DNA of 64,000 bases, taken from positions 4,264,520 through 4,328,519 of the forward strand of contig CP070750.1 in assembly GCA_020348385.1 (NCBI GenBank), read 5' to 3'. The DNA is from Candidatus Aminicenantes bacterium. Its GTDB lineage: Bacteria; Acidobacteriota; Aminicenantia; Aminicenantales; Aminicenantaceae. Shown here piece after piece: positions 46,430 to 57,124 of this stretch. A program made the position numbers and the translations under genes. Below the pieces are notes generated by a model. That model was given only the letters and a program-made list of their open reading frames with translations. It searched no databases and was not told the DNA's origin. The first letter of the stretch is position 1. Every line of letters starts with the position of its first letter.

Positions 46430-47695
46430 CTAGCGCTTTATCTTTCTGGCTTTACGCGGAACCCACTGCTCGATAAAACGCGTTCGTCCCTCGTATTCGT
46501 CCACCAGATCTTGGAATATGGACCGCATGTGCTCGTAAGGCAGGGTTCCGATGATCATCCGGCCATTGATGATCATGGTTGGTGTTGAACGGATGCCGTA
46601 AGTGAATTCATCGGAAGTCTTTTCGTATTCCATACCTGTATCGGCGATAGACTTCACGATATCGTGCGTGATGGGATCGTTTAGCGCTTGCTCCACACCG
46701 TATCTCATGGCTAATTCCTGGCGCCATTCCGATCTTCGAGCTTCGTTAAAGTTGGCAAAAATCTCATCATGGATGGCGACGAACTGGGCCGGGTCGTAGG
46801 CCGCAATGAAAGCCAGTTCACAGGCTCCCGGATGAATATCCTTTTCCTGAGCAGCCGGGTTGCAACGTCCTTCGAGTGGAAAGAACTGGAAGGCGATGTT
46901 GATCTGCCCGGGGAACTCTTCTTTCAGTTTGTCGAACTCCTGGGTAAGAAATAAACAGTCTGGGCAGAGAAAATCGGAAAACGCGATAATCTGGATCGGG
47001 GCGTCCTCAAAGAACTCGGTGGACCGGATCGTCCAGTAGGGAGAGATGATGCTGGGAGAGTCCACAAAAGGCAGATCGCGGAATTGCTTGATAATCCGAA
47101 GTGTGACTGCCGCCTGCGCATCCTTTTTTGCATCATGATACTGGATCATTCCGTAGGCTCCGAGGGCCGTGATGCACGCAAAGGTCACGAGCATCTTGAG
47201 GGAAGGTTGGAAAAAACGGATAAAAGAAATCCGTTTGTCCCTGCCAACTCCGTATTTCCAGAAAAGAAAAAAGCTCAGGAGAGAAAAGACATAAAAACCA
47301 GTGCAAAGCAGACACAGGCTTCCCATGAAAAAAACGGAATAAGCTAAAAGTGCCAAAACTCCGAAGATATTGAGGAAGGCAATAAATGAATTGGTGCGTT
47401 CGAAGCTTTCCGATGGAAACAGGGCGCCAAGAGCCACGAGGGCACCAACGATAATTCCGAAAAAACCGAGAGGAACTCCCATCACCTGGGAAATGACGGA
47501 AAAGGCAGAGCTGTCACAGTTGAAAAAAGCGCTGATGTCGCAAAAGGATCCCTCGAAAATGCTTTCAGGATAGTTGGCAAGAAAATAATGACGTATGGTC
47601 AGAATCGAGGCTATCATCATCCCGATCCCGGAGAAAAAGCTAAGAATTCTGGGCCACCGAACACCATCCAGAGTCAATGTTTTGGCCATCTGCAC
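46430..47695 (-). CDS. Vitamin K epoxide reductase (VKOR) family membrane protein fused to a DsbA/thioredoxin-like domain
   Basis: Five TM helices with a loop Cys pair (CDISAFFNCDSS) and an in-membrane LCLLCTG CxxC. C-terminal thioredoxin-like domain with FSDFLCPDC. Confidence 0.8.
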   Translation of the reverse strand: MQMAKTLTLDGVRWPRILSFFSGIGMMIASILTIRHYFLANYPESIFEGSFCDISAFFNCDSSAFSVISQVMGVPLGFFGIIVGALVALGALFPSESFERTNSFIAFLNIFGVLALLAYSVFFMGSLCLLCTGFYVFSLLSFFLFWKYGVGRDKRISFIRFFQPSLKMLVTFACITALGAYGMIQYHDAKKDAQAAVTLRIIKQFRDLPFVDSPSIISPYWTIRSTEFFEDAPIQIIAFSDFLCPDCLFLTQEFDKLKEEFPGQINIAFQFFPLEGRCNPAAQEKDIHPGACELAFIAAYDPAQFVAIHDEIFANFNEARRSEWRQELAMRYGVEQALNDPITHDIVKSIADTGMEYEKTSDEFTYGIRSTPTMIINGRMIIGTLPYEHMRSIFQDLVDEYEGRTRFIEQWVPRKARKIKR

Positions 47696-47796
47696 CCTCT
47701 CCGAAAAGTTTTATCAAATATACCAATCTAGGGTACTGATTTTCCTGCATCAAATCAAGGGTTATCCTGCGGGCGTGCAGGCAGACTTATAAGTGA

Positions 47797-47851
47797 TTCT
47801 TAGAATGAAAGAAAAGTAGGAGGCCGACTATGGTTTTGAAGCCGACCTCCT
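47797..47851 (-). terminator. Possible intrinsic terminator for the minus-strand gene 47860..48399
   Basis: An imperfect hairpin (aggaggccgac...gccgacctcct, 47818-47851) is followed on the minus strand by ACTTTTCTTTCATTCT. Confidence 0.3.
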
Positions 47852-47859
47852 CCGGAAGA

Positions 47860-48399
47860 TTATTTCGCTGGTTTGTAGACGATGGTTATGGCTGTTTTTG
47901 CGCCGGGCAGAAAATCGGTTTGGGCAGAAAAAGCCTCCATGATGACCAGATTCGGCGTTGTGGCACTCTCGGTTACATCCATGTTATTGAATGTCTCTTT
48001 GCCTGTCCAGAATATGTCGAACATGTTCATCTGATTTTTGTGCTTCCAGTCAGCAAGCTTTTCCTTGTAGAAGGCCGTAACCTTTGCCGGCTCGTCCTTG
48101 GTTGCCAGCGTTAAGGAAGGCAAAGTATCCATTTTCTCGCCGTTGGCTTCCATCCAGCTTTTTCCTTGTAATGCTACTATGACTGAGCCCGGATAAGCGG
48201 GAATACCGACTTCTTCCTTGCTGGGAACGACCCAATTCTTAATCATGTTGACCCACATGCCCCGGTTCTCCAGCTTTTCAGGAAGCTTGACAACAGGAGC
48301 GAATTCTTCTCCTGCTGATGCTGACAAAACAGTCAATCCCATGGTCATAATCATGCTCATCCCGATCAAAAAGGCATTTTTTTTGTTGATTCTTTTCAT
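47860..48399 (-). CDS. Hypothetical secreted protein
   Basis: N-terminal signal-like segment FLIGMSMIMTMGLTVLSASA. No recognisable motifs. Confidence 0.5.
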   Translation of the reverse strand: MKRINKKNAFLIGMSMIMTMGLTVLSASAGEEFAPVVKLPEKLENRGMWVNMIKNWVVPSKEEVGIPAYPGSVIVALQGKSWMEANGEKMDTLPSLTLATKDEPAKVTAFYKEKLADWKHKNQMNMFDIFWTGKETFNNMDVTESATTPNLVIMEAFSAQTDFLPGAKTAITIVYKPAK

Positions 48400-48405
48400 G
48401 ATTTA

Positions 48406-49428
48406 TTATCCTTTCTTTTTATAATTGGCCGGCACCTGGAAGACATCATCGCCCACATCGAACGGGCTGAATTCTATGAGCTCCGTGTAATAGGTGAAGG
48501 CTGGTTCATTCTCGTTTTTGGAGCCCTTTTTTAGGGCCTTTTTAGCTAAACCGCCCAACATTCCTTTCACGCCTCCGCCTGAATCTTCGTCCGCTTCTTC
48601 CTCTTCTGCTCCGCCCTCACGTTTGGCGAAGTACTTTCCATCGATGATGACAGGATAGCCCTCGATCTTATTCATTTCGTCCGCGAAATTCGATCCTTTG
48701 TGTCGTCGACTCTGGCCCTCCTCACTCATGCTGCCGAGCAATGCTAGCCAATTGGTCCCCAAGATCGTCTGTTGGAGAGAGTCTGCATCGATTCCGATGC
48801 TCTTCATATAAGCCTTGGTGAACGTTTGTTCTTCGTCCCTGGCCTTCTGCAAATCGCCGGTGAGGGGAGTCGTCCAAACATCCGTGACCAAATGATCGGT
48901 TCCCTTTTCTCCGGTCCGGACATTTTCCCATTCCGTTAACCAGTTGACGATGTATTTACTTGAGGAAAAATTATTGATAGTTTTAGATTCTCCGGTGTCA
49001 TCGACCGTGAATTCAGAACGGATGATCTTTATTTCGCTTTCCTCATCCTCTTCGACGTCAACTTCCCCACCATATCCCGCTTCGGTAGCATCTTCTTCGG
49101 ATGTGATTTTTTCGATTGGTTCAATCCTGTATTCCTTTTTCTTATGGTTCATCCTGTAGATCATCATTTCCGGAAGGACGATCATTTCTCCGGTTTCCCC
49201 AGACTTCAAGAAAAACTTGCCGGAGAGATTCCCCACGATCCCTTTCCCTTTGAACTTGTTTTTAGAATCGGTAAGCTTTTTCTCGGAGGTAAGCTTCTCA
49301 CTTTGTTCAGATGTAAACTTGCCGAAATCTTTAAAGGACACCTCGATTTTAGTCTTTTTAACCACGTCGGCAAAAACTGAGCCTGTAATCAAAATACCGA
49401 TAACAACCAAGACAACGAATCTCTTCAT
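48406..49428 (-). CDS. Hypothetical secreted protein with acidic low-complexity stretches
   Basis: Signal peptide MKRFVVLVVIGILITGSVFA. Acidic runs EEDEESE and AEEEEADEDSGGG. Confidence 0.5.
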   Translation of the reverse strand: MKRFVVLVVIGILITGSVFADVVKKTKIEVSFKDFGKFTSEQSEKLTSEKKLTDSKNKFKGKGIVGNLSGKFFLKSGETGEMIVLPEMMIYRMNHKKKEYRIEPIEKITSEEDATEAGYGGEVDVEEDEESEIKIIRSEFTVDDTGESKTINNFSSSKYIVNWLTEWENVRTGEKGTDHLVTDVWTTPLTGDLQKARDEEQTFTKAYMKSIGIDADSLQQTILGTNWLALLGSMSEEGQSRRHKGSNFADEMNKIEGYPVIIDGKYFAKREGGAEEEEADEDSGGGVKGMLGGLAKKALKKGSKNENEPAFTYYTELIEFSPFDVGDDVFQVPANYKKKG

Positions 49429-49633
49429 CTTAACACTCCTCTCAATTTTATTTTGTATATTATTTCTATATTATATATAGAAATTCTAAACATTGTAAGG
49501 TTTCACCCTAAATTTGTCAACTATTTTCAACGGAAGAAACATGCTTTTTTTTGCGAGATGATATTGAGTTATTCTCCTCTTCTTTGATAATGTATCCATA
49601 AGAAAAATAAGGAATCAGAAGGAGAACTGACGA

Positions 49634-50221
49634 ATGAAACATTTATCACGGTTATTTCTGATCATAATTCTTGGAAGCATGCTGATCCCAGCTGCGGGAG
49701 CGGAAAATCCTGAAGTTTTGATCAAGACAGAACTGGGGGATATCACGATCGAAATTTATGAAAAGGAGGCACCGATCACGGCATCCAACTTTCTGAAGTA
49801 TGTGGATGAGGGCCGCTACAAGGACGGATGTTTTTACCGAGTGGTGACGATGGAGAACCAGCCCAACAATGACATCAAGATCGAAGTCATCCAAGGCGGA
49901 TTGAGTGCAGAAACCCGCGGGAATATGCTTGCTCCTATCGAACACGAAACGACGGATAGAACCGGCATCCTCCACAAAAACGGTGTGATATCCATGGCCA
50001 GATCAAAACCAGGCACTGCCTCTTCGGAGTTTTTCATCTGTGTGGGCGATCAGCCCGAACTGGATGGGGGGGGTAAACGCAACCCGGATGGACAAGGCTT
50101 TTCTGCCTTCGGAAAAGTTATTAAAGGTATGGATGTGGTGAAAAAAATTCACCAACAGCCGGTAGATGGACAGATACTCAACCCAAGAATCAAAATTTTT
50201 AGTATCACCAGAGTTGAGTGA
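49634..50221 (+). CDS. ppiA: Peptidyl-prolyl cis-trans isomerase, cyclophilin type, periplasmic
   Basis: Signal peptide. Cyclophilin motifs FYRVV..., GVISMARS..., SEFFICVGDQPELDG. I am confident of the family; the gene name is by analogy. Confidence 0.85.
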   Translation: MKHLSRLFLIIILGSMLIPAAGAENPEVLIKTELGDITIEIYEKEAPITASNFLKYVDEGRYKDGCFYRVVTMENQPNNDIKIEVIQGGLSAETRGNMLAPIEHETTDRTGILHKNGVISMARSKPGTASSEFFICVGDQPELDGGGKRNPDGQGFSAFGKVIKGMDVVKKIHQQPVDGQILNPRIKIFSITRVE

Positions 50222-50252
50222 AGATAGCGTTCTTTAACGAAGCAGTCCAATC

Positions 50253-52685
50253 ATGAAAATGCAACTACACATCCGAATTCTATTTTTAGGAATACTTTTA
50301 GTACAGTCTTTCTCCATTTTCGCATGCAAACCGGGCAAGTTTCTTCCTGAGAGGATCCTTTGGTACGAAAAACCAGCCTCTTATTTTGAAGAGGCGATGC
50401 CTTTGGGGAACGGCCGGATCGGAGCCATGGTTTACGGGGGTGTCCCTTCCGAACGCATCCTTTTGAATGAGGAGACGTTGTGGGCGGGAGGGCCTGTGGA
50501 TCCCGACATGAATCCGGAAGCTGTCGAATATCTCCCCCGAGTCCGTGAAGCATTATTCAACGGAGATTACCCATTAGCAGATAAAACGATCCGGAACATG
50601 CAGGGTAAATTCTCTGAATCTTTTTTGCCGTTGGGGGATATGTATATCGACTTTCAACACGATGGAGAAACAGAAGAATACCAGAGGGATCTGAACATAA
50701 GAGACGCCATCGCGACAACGCAATACAGGATAGGAGCCACCACATACATAAGGGAGATATTCGTCTCCCATCCCGACCAATTGTTGATCCTCAAACTCAC
50801 AGCCAGTGAGCCGGAAGCGCTGAGCTTTACTCTACAGTGCTCCAGCCAACTTCGTCATATCACCCGGACAACTCCGGACAACCGGTTGATCCTCGAAGGA
50901 CGTGCGCCTGTGCACGCTGAACCCAATTACAGAGGAGATGTCCCGAACGCCATCGTGTATGACGACGACCCAGAGGGGAAAGGCATGAAGTTTCAAGTCG
51001 AAGCGCGCATCCTGGAAACAGACGGGTATCTGGCGCATTCGGACGCGGCAATAACAGTCGAACAGGCAAAAAACGCTGTTATTGCCGTGGCCATTGCCAC
51101 AAGCTACAATGGTTTCGACAAAGAGCCGGGGACAGAAGGGAAAAATCCGGGGAAGCAAATAAACACCTGGTTTGAAAAGGCAGAAGGCCGATCCTACACA
51201 CAACTCAGAAAAGCGCATGTCCAGGATTTCCGGAGATTTTTCGACAGGGTTGCTATGTTTGTCGGGGAAACAGAACAAACAGACCTGCCCACAGATCTTC
51301 GTCTCAAACAATATTTGGAGGGGGAGGAAGATCCGGACCTGGAAGCCCTGTATTTTCAGTTCGGCCGCTATCTATTGATAAGCTGTTCCCGGCCGGGGGG
51401 AATCCCAGCCAACCTCCAAGGAGTGTGGAATCCCCACATGCGTCCGCCTTGGAGCAGCAACTACACCACCAACATCAACGTGGAAATGAACTACTGGCCG
51501 GCCGAAGTATGCAACCTGACAGAGATGCACGAGCCACTTCTACGATTTATCGGGAAACTGGCCACCACAGGCAAAGTGACTGCCAGAACATTTTTCGGAT
51601 GCCGGGGCTGGTGTTGCAATCACAACACCGATATCTGGGCCATGACCAATCCAGTGGGAGATTTCGGGCAGGGGCATCCGGTATGGGCCAATTGGCCGAT
51701 GGCCGGGACCTGGTTCAGCCTGCATCTTTGGGAAAACTATGCTTTTAATCGCAATGATGAATGGTTGAAGGACTATGCCTATCCTCTGATGAAAGGAGCA
51801 GCCCGGTTTTGTCTCGACTGGTTGGTGGAAGGACCTGATGGTTATCTGGTAACGGCTCCGGCTACCTCGCCGGAGAATCTGTACAAAAATCCGGAAGGCT
51901 ACGCAGGGGCTGTTTCCATCGGAACCACAGCCGATATGGCTTTAATCAAAGGACTTTTCCAGAAAATCATCATAGCCGGAGAGGTATTGCAAACAGACCT
52001 TGACTTCCAGAATGAGATAAAAGGCGCTCTCGATCGGTTATATCCCTATCAGATCGGCCACAAAGGGAACCTTCAAGAATGGTACTATGACTGGGAGGAC
52101 CAGCACCCCCAGCACCGGCACATGTCCCATCTGATCGGGCTCCATCCGGACAATCAGATCTCGCCCCTCACAACGCCCAACCTGTCTGAAGCTTGCCGTC
52201 GATCGCTGGAGCTCCGGGGAGACAGCGGCACAGGCTGGAGCAAAGCGTGGAAGATCAACATGTGGGCCCGGTTGCTGGACGGGAATCACGCTCACAAGAT
52301 GCTCCGAACCCACCTCAGGTATGTGGACCCATCCCCCAAGACCCAATACTCCGGCGGCGGAACCTATCCCAATTTATTCGATGCTCATCCTCCCTTCCAG
52401 ATCGACGGGAACTTCGGCGGCACGGCCGGGATCGCCGAAATGCTCCTGCAAAGCCACAACGGCGAAATCCATTTGCTACCGGCGCTCCCCGACGCCTGGG
52501 CATCGGGATACGTTACAGGATTGAGAGCCCGGGGCGGTTACACCGTAGATCAGGAATGGGAGGACGGCAAACTTGTCGAAGCTCTGATCCATCCGGACTT
52601 CGACGGCGAGGTAAAAATCCGCTACAGGAATCAAGTCAAAACGCTATACTTGAAATCCGGAACAAAACAAAAAACCAGCTTTTAG
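50253..52685 (+). CDS. Glycoside hydrolase family 95 (alpha-L-fucosidase-like), secreted/lipoprotein
   Basis: [28 protein letters not shown]...ETLWAGGP is the characteristic GH95 N-terminal domain. Length ~810 aa. Leader ends FACK. Confidence 0.85.
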   Translation: MKMQLHIRILFLGILLVQSFSIFACKPGKFLPERILWYEKPASYFEEAMPLGNGRIGAMVYGGVPSERILLNEETLWAGGPVDPDMNPEAVEYLPRVREALFNGDYPLADKTIRNMQGKFSESFLPLGDMYIDFQHDGETEEYQRDLNIRDAIATTQYRIGATTYIREIFVSHPDQLLILKLTASEPEALSFTLQCSSQLRHITRTTPDNRLILEGRAPVHAEPNYRGDVPNAIVYDDDPEGKGMKFQVEARILETDGYLAHSDAAITVEQAKNAVIAVAIATSYNGFDKEPGTEGKNPGKQINTWFEKAEGRSYTQLRKAHVQDFRRFFDRVAMFVGETEQTDLPTDLRLKQYLEGEEDPDLEALYFQFGRYLLISCSRPGGIPANLQGVWNPHMRPPWSSNYTTNINVEMNYWPAEVCNLTEMHEPLLRFIGKLATTGKVTARTFFGCRGWCCNHNTDIWAMTNPVGDFGQGHPVWANWPMAGTWFSLHLWENYAFNRNDEWLKDYAYPLMKGAARFCLDWLVEGPDGYLVTAPATSPENLYKNPEGYAGAVSIGTTADMALIKGLFQKIIIAGEVLQTDLDFQNEIKGALDRLYPYQIGHKGNLQEWYYDWEDQHPQHRHMSHLIGLHPDNQISPLTTPNLSEACRRSLELRGDSGTGWSKAWKINMWARLLDGNHAHKMLRTHLRYVDPSPKTQYSGGGTYPNLFDAHPPFQIDGNFGGTAGIAEMLLQSHNGEIHLLPALPDAWASGYVTGLRARGGYTVDQEWEDGKLVEALIHPDFDGEVKIRYRNQVKTLYLKSGTKQKTSF

Positions 52686-52949
52686 CCTCACATTCCATCA
52701 CGTATATCCACAGTGACATTGAAGATTTAGCCTTCACTAACCGCTATTAGAGGGTATCCGGCAAAGCCGGACGGCGAAGATGTATTGAGCACGACTATTA
52801 ATCATGGGATGGGGTTGGGATTAACATAAGATATGACATTGGTGGATTCGAGTGAGAATGCGGAGTTCCGCAGCCGCCGAGAATAGAGGTGAGTGAATGG
52901 CGTTAAAAATCTGAACTAAAGCGGAGGATATGTGTGATGGGATGAGGGC

Positions 52950-55223
52950 TTACTCAATGTTCCACTTTCCATTTTTCAAGTACTGATCGATGGATTGAGC
53001 CGCATTTTTTCCCGCACCCATCGCAAGGATAACGGTGGCCGCACCCGAAACGATATCGCCACCGGCAAAAACACCCTTTTTCGATGTCCGGCCCGTTTCT
53101 TCATCAGCCACGATGTTTCCCCATTTTGTCAGTTTTAGGTCGGGTGTTGTCGAAGTCAACAAAGGATTGGGCCCCTGGCCGATGGCCACGACCACCATAT
53201 CCACATCGATGACATGCTCAGAGCCCTCAATAGCAACGGGACGCCTCCGGCCAGAATCATCCGGCTCTGTCAGTTCCATCTGGACACATTCCAATCCTTT
53301 GACCCACCCTCTATCATCGCCCAAGATCCGTACAGGATTGGTTAACAAACGGGATTCGATGCCTTCTTCAAATGCATTTTCGATCTCCTCTTCCCGAGCA
53401 GGCATTTCCTCGCGGGATCTCCGGTAAACCAGGTAGACCTTTTCTGCACCCAAGCGAAGGGAAGTTCGAGCTGAATCCATGGCCACGTTCCCTCCGCCGA
53501 TGACCGCGATCCTTTGGCCAAGACGGATGGGCGTGTTGTATTCGGGAAAAAGATAAGCTTTCATCAGATTGACTCGTGTCAAAAACTCATTCGCCGAATA
53601 AACGCCGTTCAGGTTCTCTCCCGGAATATTCAGAAAATAGGGCAATCCTGCCCCAGTCCCTATAAACACCGCATCGTATCCATCCTCGAGAAGCTGGTCC
53701 ACTGTTTTGGCTTTGCCCACGATATAACTGACTTTGATATCCGCTCCCAACTTCCCGATGTAATCGCTCTCCCTCTGGACAATCCATTTAGGGAGACGAA
53801 ACTCGGGAATGCCGTAAACAAGAACCCCTCCCGGTGCATGAAGAGCCTCGAAAACCGTGACTCCGTGACCGATCTTGCACAATTCCCCGGCAACAGTGAG
53901 CCCAGCAGGGCCGGCCCCGATAACGGCAATCCTTTTCCCGGTGGATTCGGGAAGCTTCGGGACGCGTGTTTCGCCCTGGTTGAATTCATAATCCGCCACA
54001 AACCGTTCCAACCGCCCTATGGCGACGGGATCTTTTTTCTTCCCTAGGATACATTCCACCTCACACTGCTCCTCTTGAGGGCATACTCTGCCGCACACGG
54101 CAGGCAGGCTGTTTTTTTCCTTGATCTTGTGGATGGCGCCCATGAAATCGCCTTCTTTAATTTTGGCGACAAACGCCGGAATATCGATATCCACCGGGCA
54201 TCCGGCCACACAAAAGGCTTTTTTACACTGGAGACAGCGTGAGGCCTCGCGCATGGCTTGCTCCCGGGTGTATCCCAGTGCCACCTCGTCAAAATTCTGG
54301 ATCCGCATTTTGGGATCCTGTTTGGGCATGGGCTCCCGTTTGTTTGCTCTTTTGAGGTTATCTTCGGCTTGCTGCAGCCGGCATTCATAATCCCACATGG
54401 CGCGGTGTTCTTCCCGGATATACATCTCTGAGCGTTGCATGAGCTCGTCAAAATCGACCTGATGGCCGTCAAACTCCGGCCCATCCACACAAACGAATTT
54501 TGTTTCTCCTCCGACTGTGATCCGACATCCGCCGCACATGCCTGTCCCATCCACCATCAAGGAGTTGAGGCTCACGATGGTTTTGATGCCCGGCTCCTTT
54601 GTGATATCGGCCACGGCCTTCATCATTATCCCTGGGCCTACGGCCACGACTTTATTGATCTCTGTTCCATCTGAAAGAAGCTTTTTCAGCACATCCGTTA
54701 CAAATCCACGATGCCCTGCGGAGCCATCATCTGTAGCGATATCCAGCTCGTCACTTATCGCCCGCATCTCGTCTTCCAGGATGAGCATTTCCTTGGATCT
54801 TGCCCCGATGATGGAAATGATGCGGTTTCCCGCTTGTTTAAGCGCTTTGGTTATCGGGTACACAGGAGCGACACCGACGCCCCCTCCGATACACACCACG
54901 GTTCCCTCGCTCTCTATTTCTGTCGCCTCACCCAAGGGACCGACAACATCGAGAAAAGAATCTCCCACATTCAAGGAATCCATTTTTCGTGTTGCTGTCC
55001 CCACAACCTGTGCGATTAGCGTGATGGTCTCTTCTTTTATGTCTTTATCCGCCACCGTTAAGGGGACTCGCTCGGCATAATCATCTGTCCGGATGACGAC
55101 GAACTGCCCCGCTTTCACAGCATTGGCAACCACCGGTGTGTGTATTTTGAACAATGTGATGGAGGGAGCTATGCTCTCTTTATGGATAATCTCATTCAAC
55201 TTGTATCTTTCATTAATGCTCAT
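52950..55223 (-). CDS. Fused NfnA/SudB-like (FAD/[2Fe-2S] ferredoxin-NADP reductase-type) and NfnB/GltD-like (2x[4Fe-4S], FAD, NADPH) oxidoreductase
   Basis: N-terminal PyrK/SudB-like domain (GTVVCIGGGVGVAPV...CGGC). C-terminal GltD-like domain with CLQCKKAFCVAGCP, VCPQEEQCEVEC, and Rossmann motifs IAVIGAGPAGL and IAVIGGGNVAMD. Probable start is MSINERYKL at 55223, preceded by AAGAGG. Confidence 0.8.
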   Translation of the reverse strand: MSINERYKLNEIIHKESIAPSITLFKIHTPVVANAVKAGQFVVIRTDDYAERVPLTVADKDIKEETITLIAQVVGTATRKMDSLNVGDSFLDVVGPLGEATEIESEGTVVCIGGGVGVAPVYPITKALKQAGNRIISIIGARSKEMLILEDEMRAISDELDIATDDGSAGHRGFVTDVLKKLLSDGTEINKVVAVGPGIMMKAVADITKEPGIKTIVSLNSLMVDGTGMCGGCRITVGGETKFVCVDGPEFDGHQVDFDELMQRSEMYIREEHRAMWDYECRLQQAEDNLKRANKREPMPKQDPKMRIQNFDEVALGYTREQAMREASRCLQCKKAFCVAGCPVDIDIPAFVAKIKEGDFMGAIHKIKEKNSLPAVCGRVCPQEEQCEVECILGKKKDPVAIGRLERFVADYEFNQGETRVPKLPESTGKRIAVIGAGPAGLTVAGELCKIGHGVTVFEALHAPGGVLVYGIPEFRLPKWIVQRESDYIGKLGADIKVSYIVGKAKTVDQLLEDGYDAVFIGTGAGLPYFLNIPGENLNGVYSANEFLTRVNLMKAYLFPEYNTPIRLGQRIAVIGGGNVAMDSARTSLRLGAEKVYLVYRRSREEMPAREEEIENAFEEGIESRLLTNPVRILGDDRGWVKGLECVQMELTEPDDSGRRRPVAIEGSEHVIDVDMVVVAIGQGPNPLLTSTTPDLKLTKWGNIVADEETGRTSKKGVFAGGDIVSGAATVILAMGAGKNAAQSIDQYLKNGKWNIE

Positions 55224-55233
55224 TTTTGACCTC

Positions 55234-56721
55234 TTAGTCTTTGCGATGCTCAAGCGGAAGGAACACAGAAAAGATGCTTCCTTTATCGGGTTCGCTCGTC
55301 ACCTCGATGCGTCCAAAATGGGAATTCACGATTTTGCTGGCTATCGTGAGGCCGAGTCCCGTACCGGGTATTTTTTTTGTCCTTTCATCATCGGCTCTGT
55401 AGAAATCATCGAAAATACAGGAAAGGTGTTCGGCTGAAATACCGATGCCCGTGTCCTTTATCCTATAGCAGACAAAGTTGCCTTCAACCTTGCCTTCAAG
55501 GAAGACCGATCCGTTTTTCCTGTTGTATTTGATCGCATTGCTTATCAAATTGGTGAAAAGCTTTTCCATGTCTCTCACATCAGCCTGGATCGAGGGAAGG
55601 TCTTCTGCCAATTCGGCCGCGATGGACACCTTGTGTTTTTCGGCATCCGGTCCAAGCAAATCCACGATTTTGAGGATGATATCATTAATTTTAACAGGGC
55701 CCATCTTTTGTGCGACCTTGCCTGTTTCCATCCGGTTGATCACAAGGAGATCATCGACAAGAGCCAACAAAGAGTCAGAACGGTCCATGGCCCGCTGAAG
55801 CCACTGCTTATTCTGCTCAGCATCCCCCCCAGCCTCTCCTGAAACAACCACCTCCAGCCAACCTTTGATCGCAGCCATCGGCGCCCTGAGCTCATGGGCG
55901 ACCATCGATACAAACTGTGACTTGATCTTGTTGATTTCCTTGAGTGCTGTGATGTCTCTAAGAACCGTCACTGCCCCAAGGATTTTGCCATCCTCGTCCC
56001 TGACAGGCGCAATATTGGCCATCAAAATGACCTTTTCATCCTGAGCGGGAATCTCGTGACTTATCATCGAAAAATCCTGATCGTCCGAATTCAAGATCTC
56101 TTTGATGGCTACGATAAGCGGTTCATTCGAAATGTAATACTCGAGGGGTTCTCCGGCTATATCAAAACCCTTGGACTTAAGCATCTTGACACTGGAAGCA
56201 TTCCATAGCACCAACCGACCTTCCAGATTGGCCACCAAAACGCCATCGGCCATACATCCGATAATCGTGCGCAACCGGCTTCTCTCGTTCACAAGCTCCA
56301 GCATTTTTTGCGTCCTCTCAGCATAGAGTTTTTTCGCTTCTAGACGGAGCATCCGCTTTTCCAATCCGCGCTTAACCACTACGGAAAGTGCCTCGGGTGA
56401 GAAGGGTTTGGGCAGATAATCGTATGCGCCAAGCTTTGTCGCTTCCACGGCTGTTTCTATCGTTGCATTCCCTGTTATCACGACCGTTATGATCTCGGGA
56501 TCACAATGATGAACTTTTTTGATCAGTTCCATGCCTCCTATCCCCGGCATCATCAAGTCCACCAAGATGAGGTCATAATTTTTCTCTTTCACCTTCTGGA
56601 GGCCCGTCTTGCCATCCTCTGCAGCATCTACGGCATAACCTTCTTCGGAGAGAGCTCGCTTGCAGCCCTCCCGGATTCCCATCTCATCATCCACGATCAG
56701 GATGTTCGCTTCTGTGTTCAA
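55234..56721 (-). CDS. Hybrid two-component protein: N-terminal receiver (REC), PAS-like region, HisKA, HATPase_c
   Basis: ILIVDDE...DLILVDLMMPG...ITGNA receiver. H-box VAHELRAPMAAI. N/G boxes LISNAIKYN, DTGIGI, GTGLGLTIA. Confidence 0.85.
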   Translation of the reverse strand: MNTEANILIVDDEMGIREGCKRALSEEGYAVDAAEDGKTGLQKVKEKNYDLILVDLMMPGIGGMELIKKVHHCDPEIITVVITGNATIETAVEATKLGAYDYLPKPFSPEALSVVVKRGLEKRMLRLEAKKLYAERTQKMLELVNERSRLRTIIGCMADGVLVANLEGRLVLWNASSVKMLKSKGFDIAGEPLEYYISNEPLIVAIKEILNSDDQDFSMISHEIPAQDEKVILMANIAPVRDEDGKILGAVTVLRDITALKEINKIKSQFVSMVAHELRAPMAAIKGWLEVVVSGEAGGDAEQNKQWLQRAMDRSDSLLALVDDLLVINRMETGKVAQKMGPVKINDIILKIVDLLGPDAEKHKVSIAAELAEDLPSIQADVRDMEKLFTNLISNAIKYNRKNGSVFLEGKVEGNFVCYRIKDTGIGISAEHLSCIFDDFYRADDERTKKIPGTGLGLTIASKIVNSHFGRIEVTSEPDKGSIFSVFLPLEHRKD

Positions 56722-56722
56722 T

Positions 56723-57124
56723 TTAATCCTCTTTTTCTCCGATTAATTTTTCGACTTTGCTGATGAGAACCGCAGGTTCGACGGGTTTGTCGAGAAACTC
56801 ATCTGTTTTCATCCAGTAGCCGTCCTTCTCTAACGAAAACTTGAAGCCTGTTGCATCGGCCACGGCTGTCACCATCAGGATGGGGATTTTTTTAAATAAC
56901 GGATCGCTTTTGATCTGTTTGCTGAAGGAAAATCCAGCATCATGTTTTTCCATCATCAAATCCAAGACGATCAGATCTGGCATTTCTGCTCGCACTTTTT
57001 CCAATCCCTCTTGAGCACTGGTGGCAGTTATCACCTCGTATCCGTGATTCACCAACACAACTTTATGCATTTCGAGAAAATCCAGATCATCATCCACCAA
57101 TAAGATTCGTTTTTTTAGAGTCAT
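56723..57124 (-). CDS. Single-domain response regulator (CheY-like receiver only)
   Basis: RILLVDDDLDFLEM...DLIVLDLMME...ILMVTA...K. 133 aa with no output domain. Confidence 0.85.
   Translation of the reverse strand: MTLKKRILLVDDDLDFLEMHKVVLVNHGYEVITATSAQEGLEKVRAEMPDLIVLDLMMEKHDAGFSFSKQIKSDPLFKKIPILMVTAVADATGFKFSLEKDGYWMKTDEFLDKPVEPAVLISKVEKLIGEKED

Noticed and set aside
54517-55080. 187-aa ORF on the + strand plus several 80-180-aa ORFs at 53035-54674
   Set aside because: All lie inside or antisense to the NfnAB-like gene 52950..55223, whose Rossmann and Fe-S motifs define the real frame.
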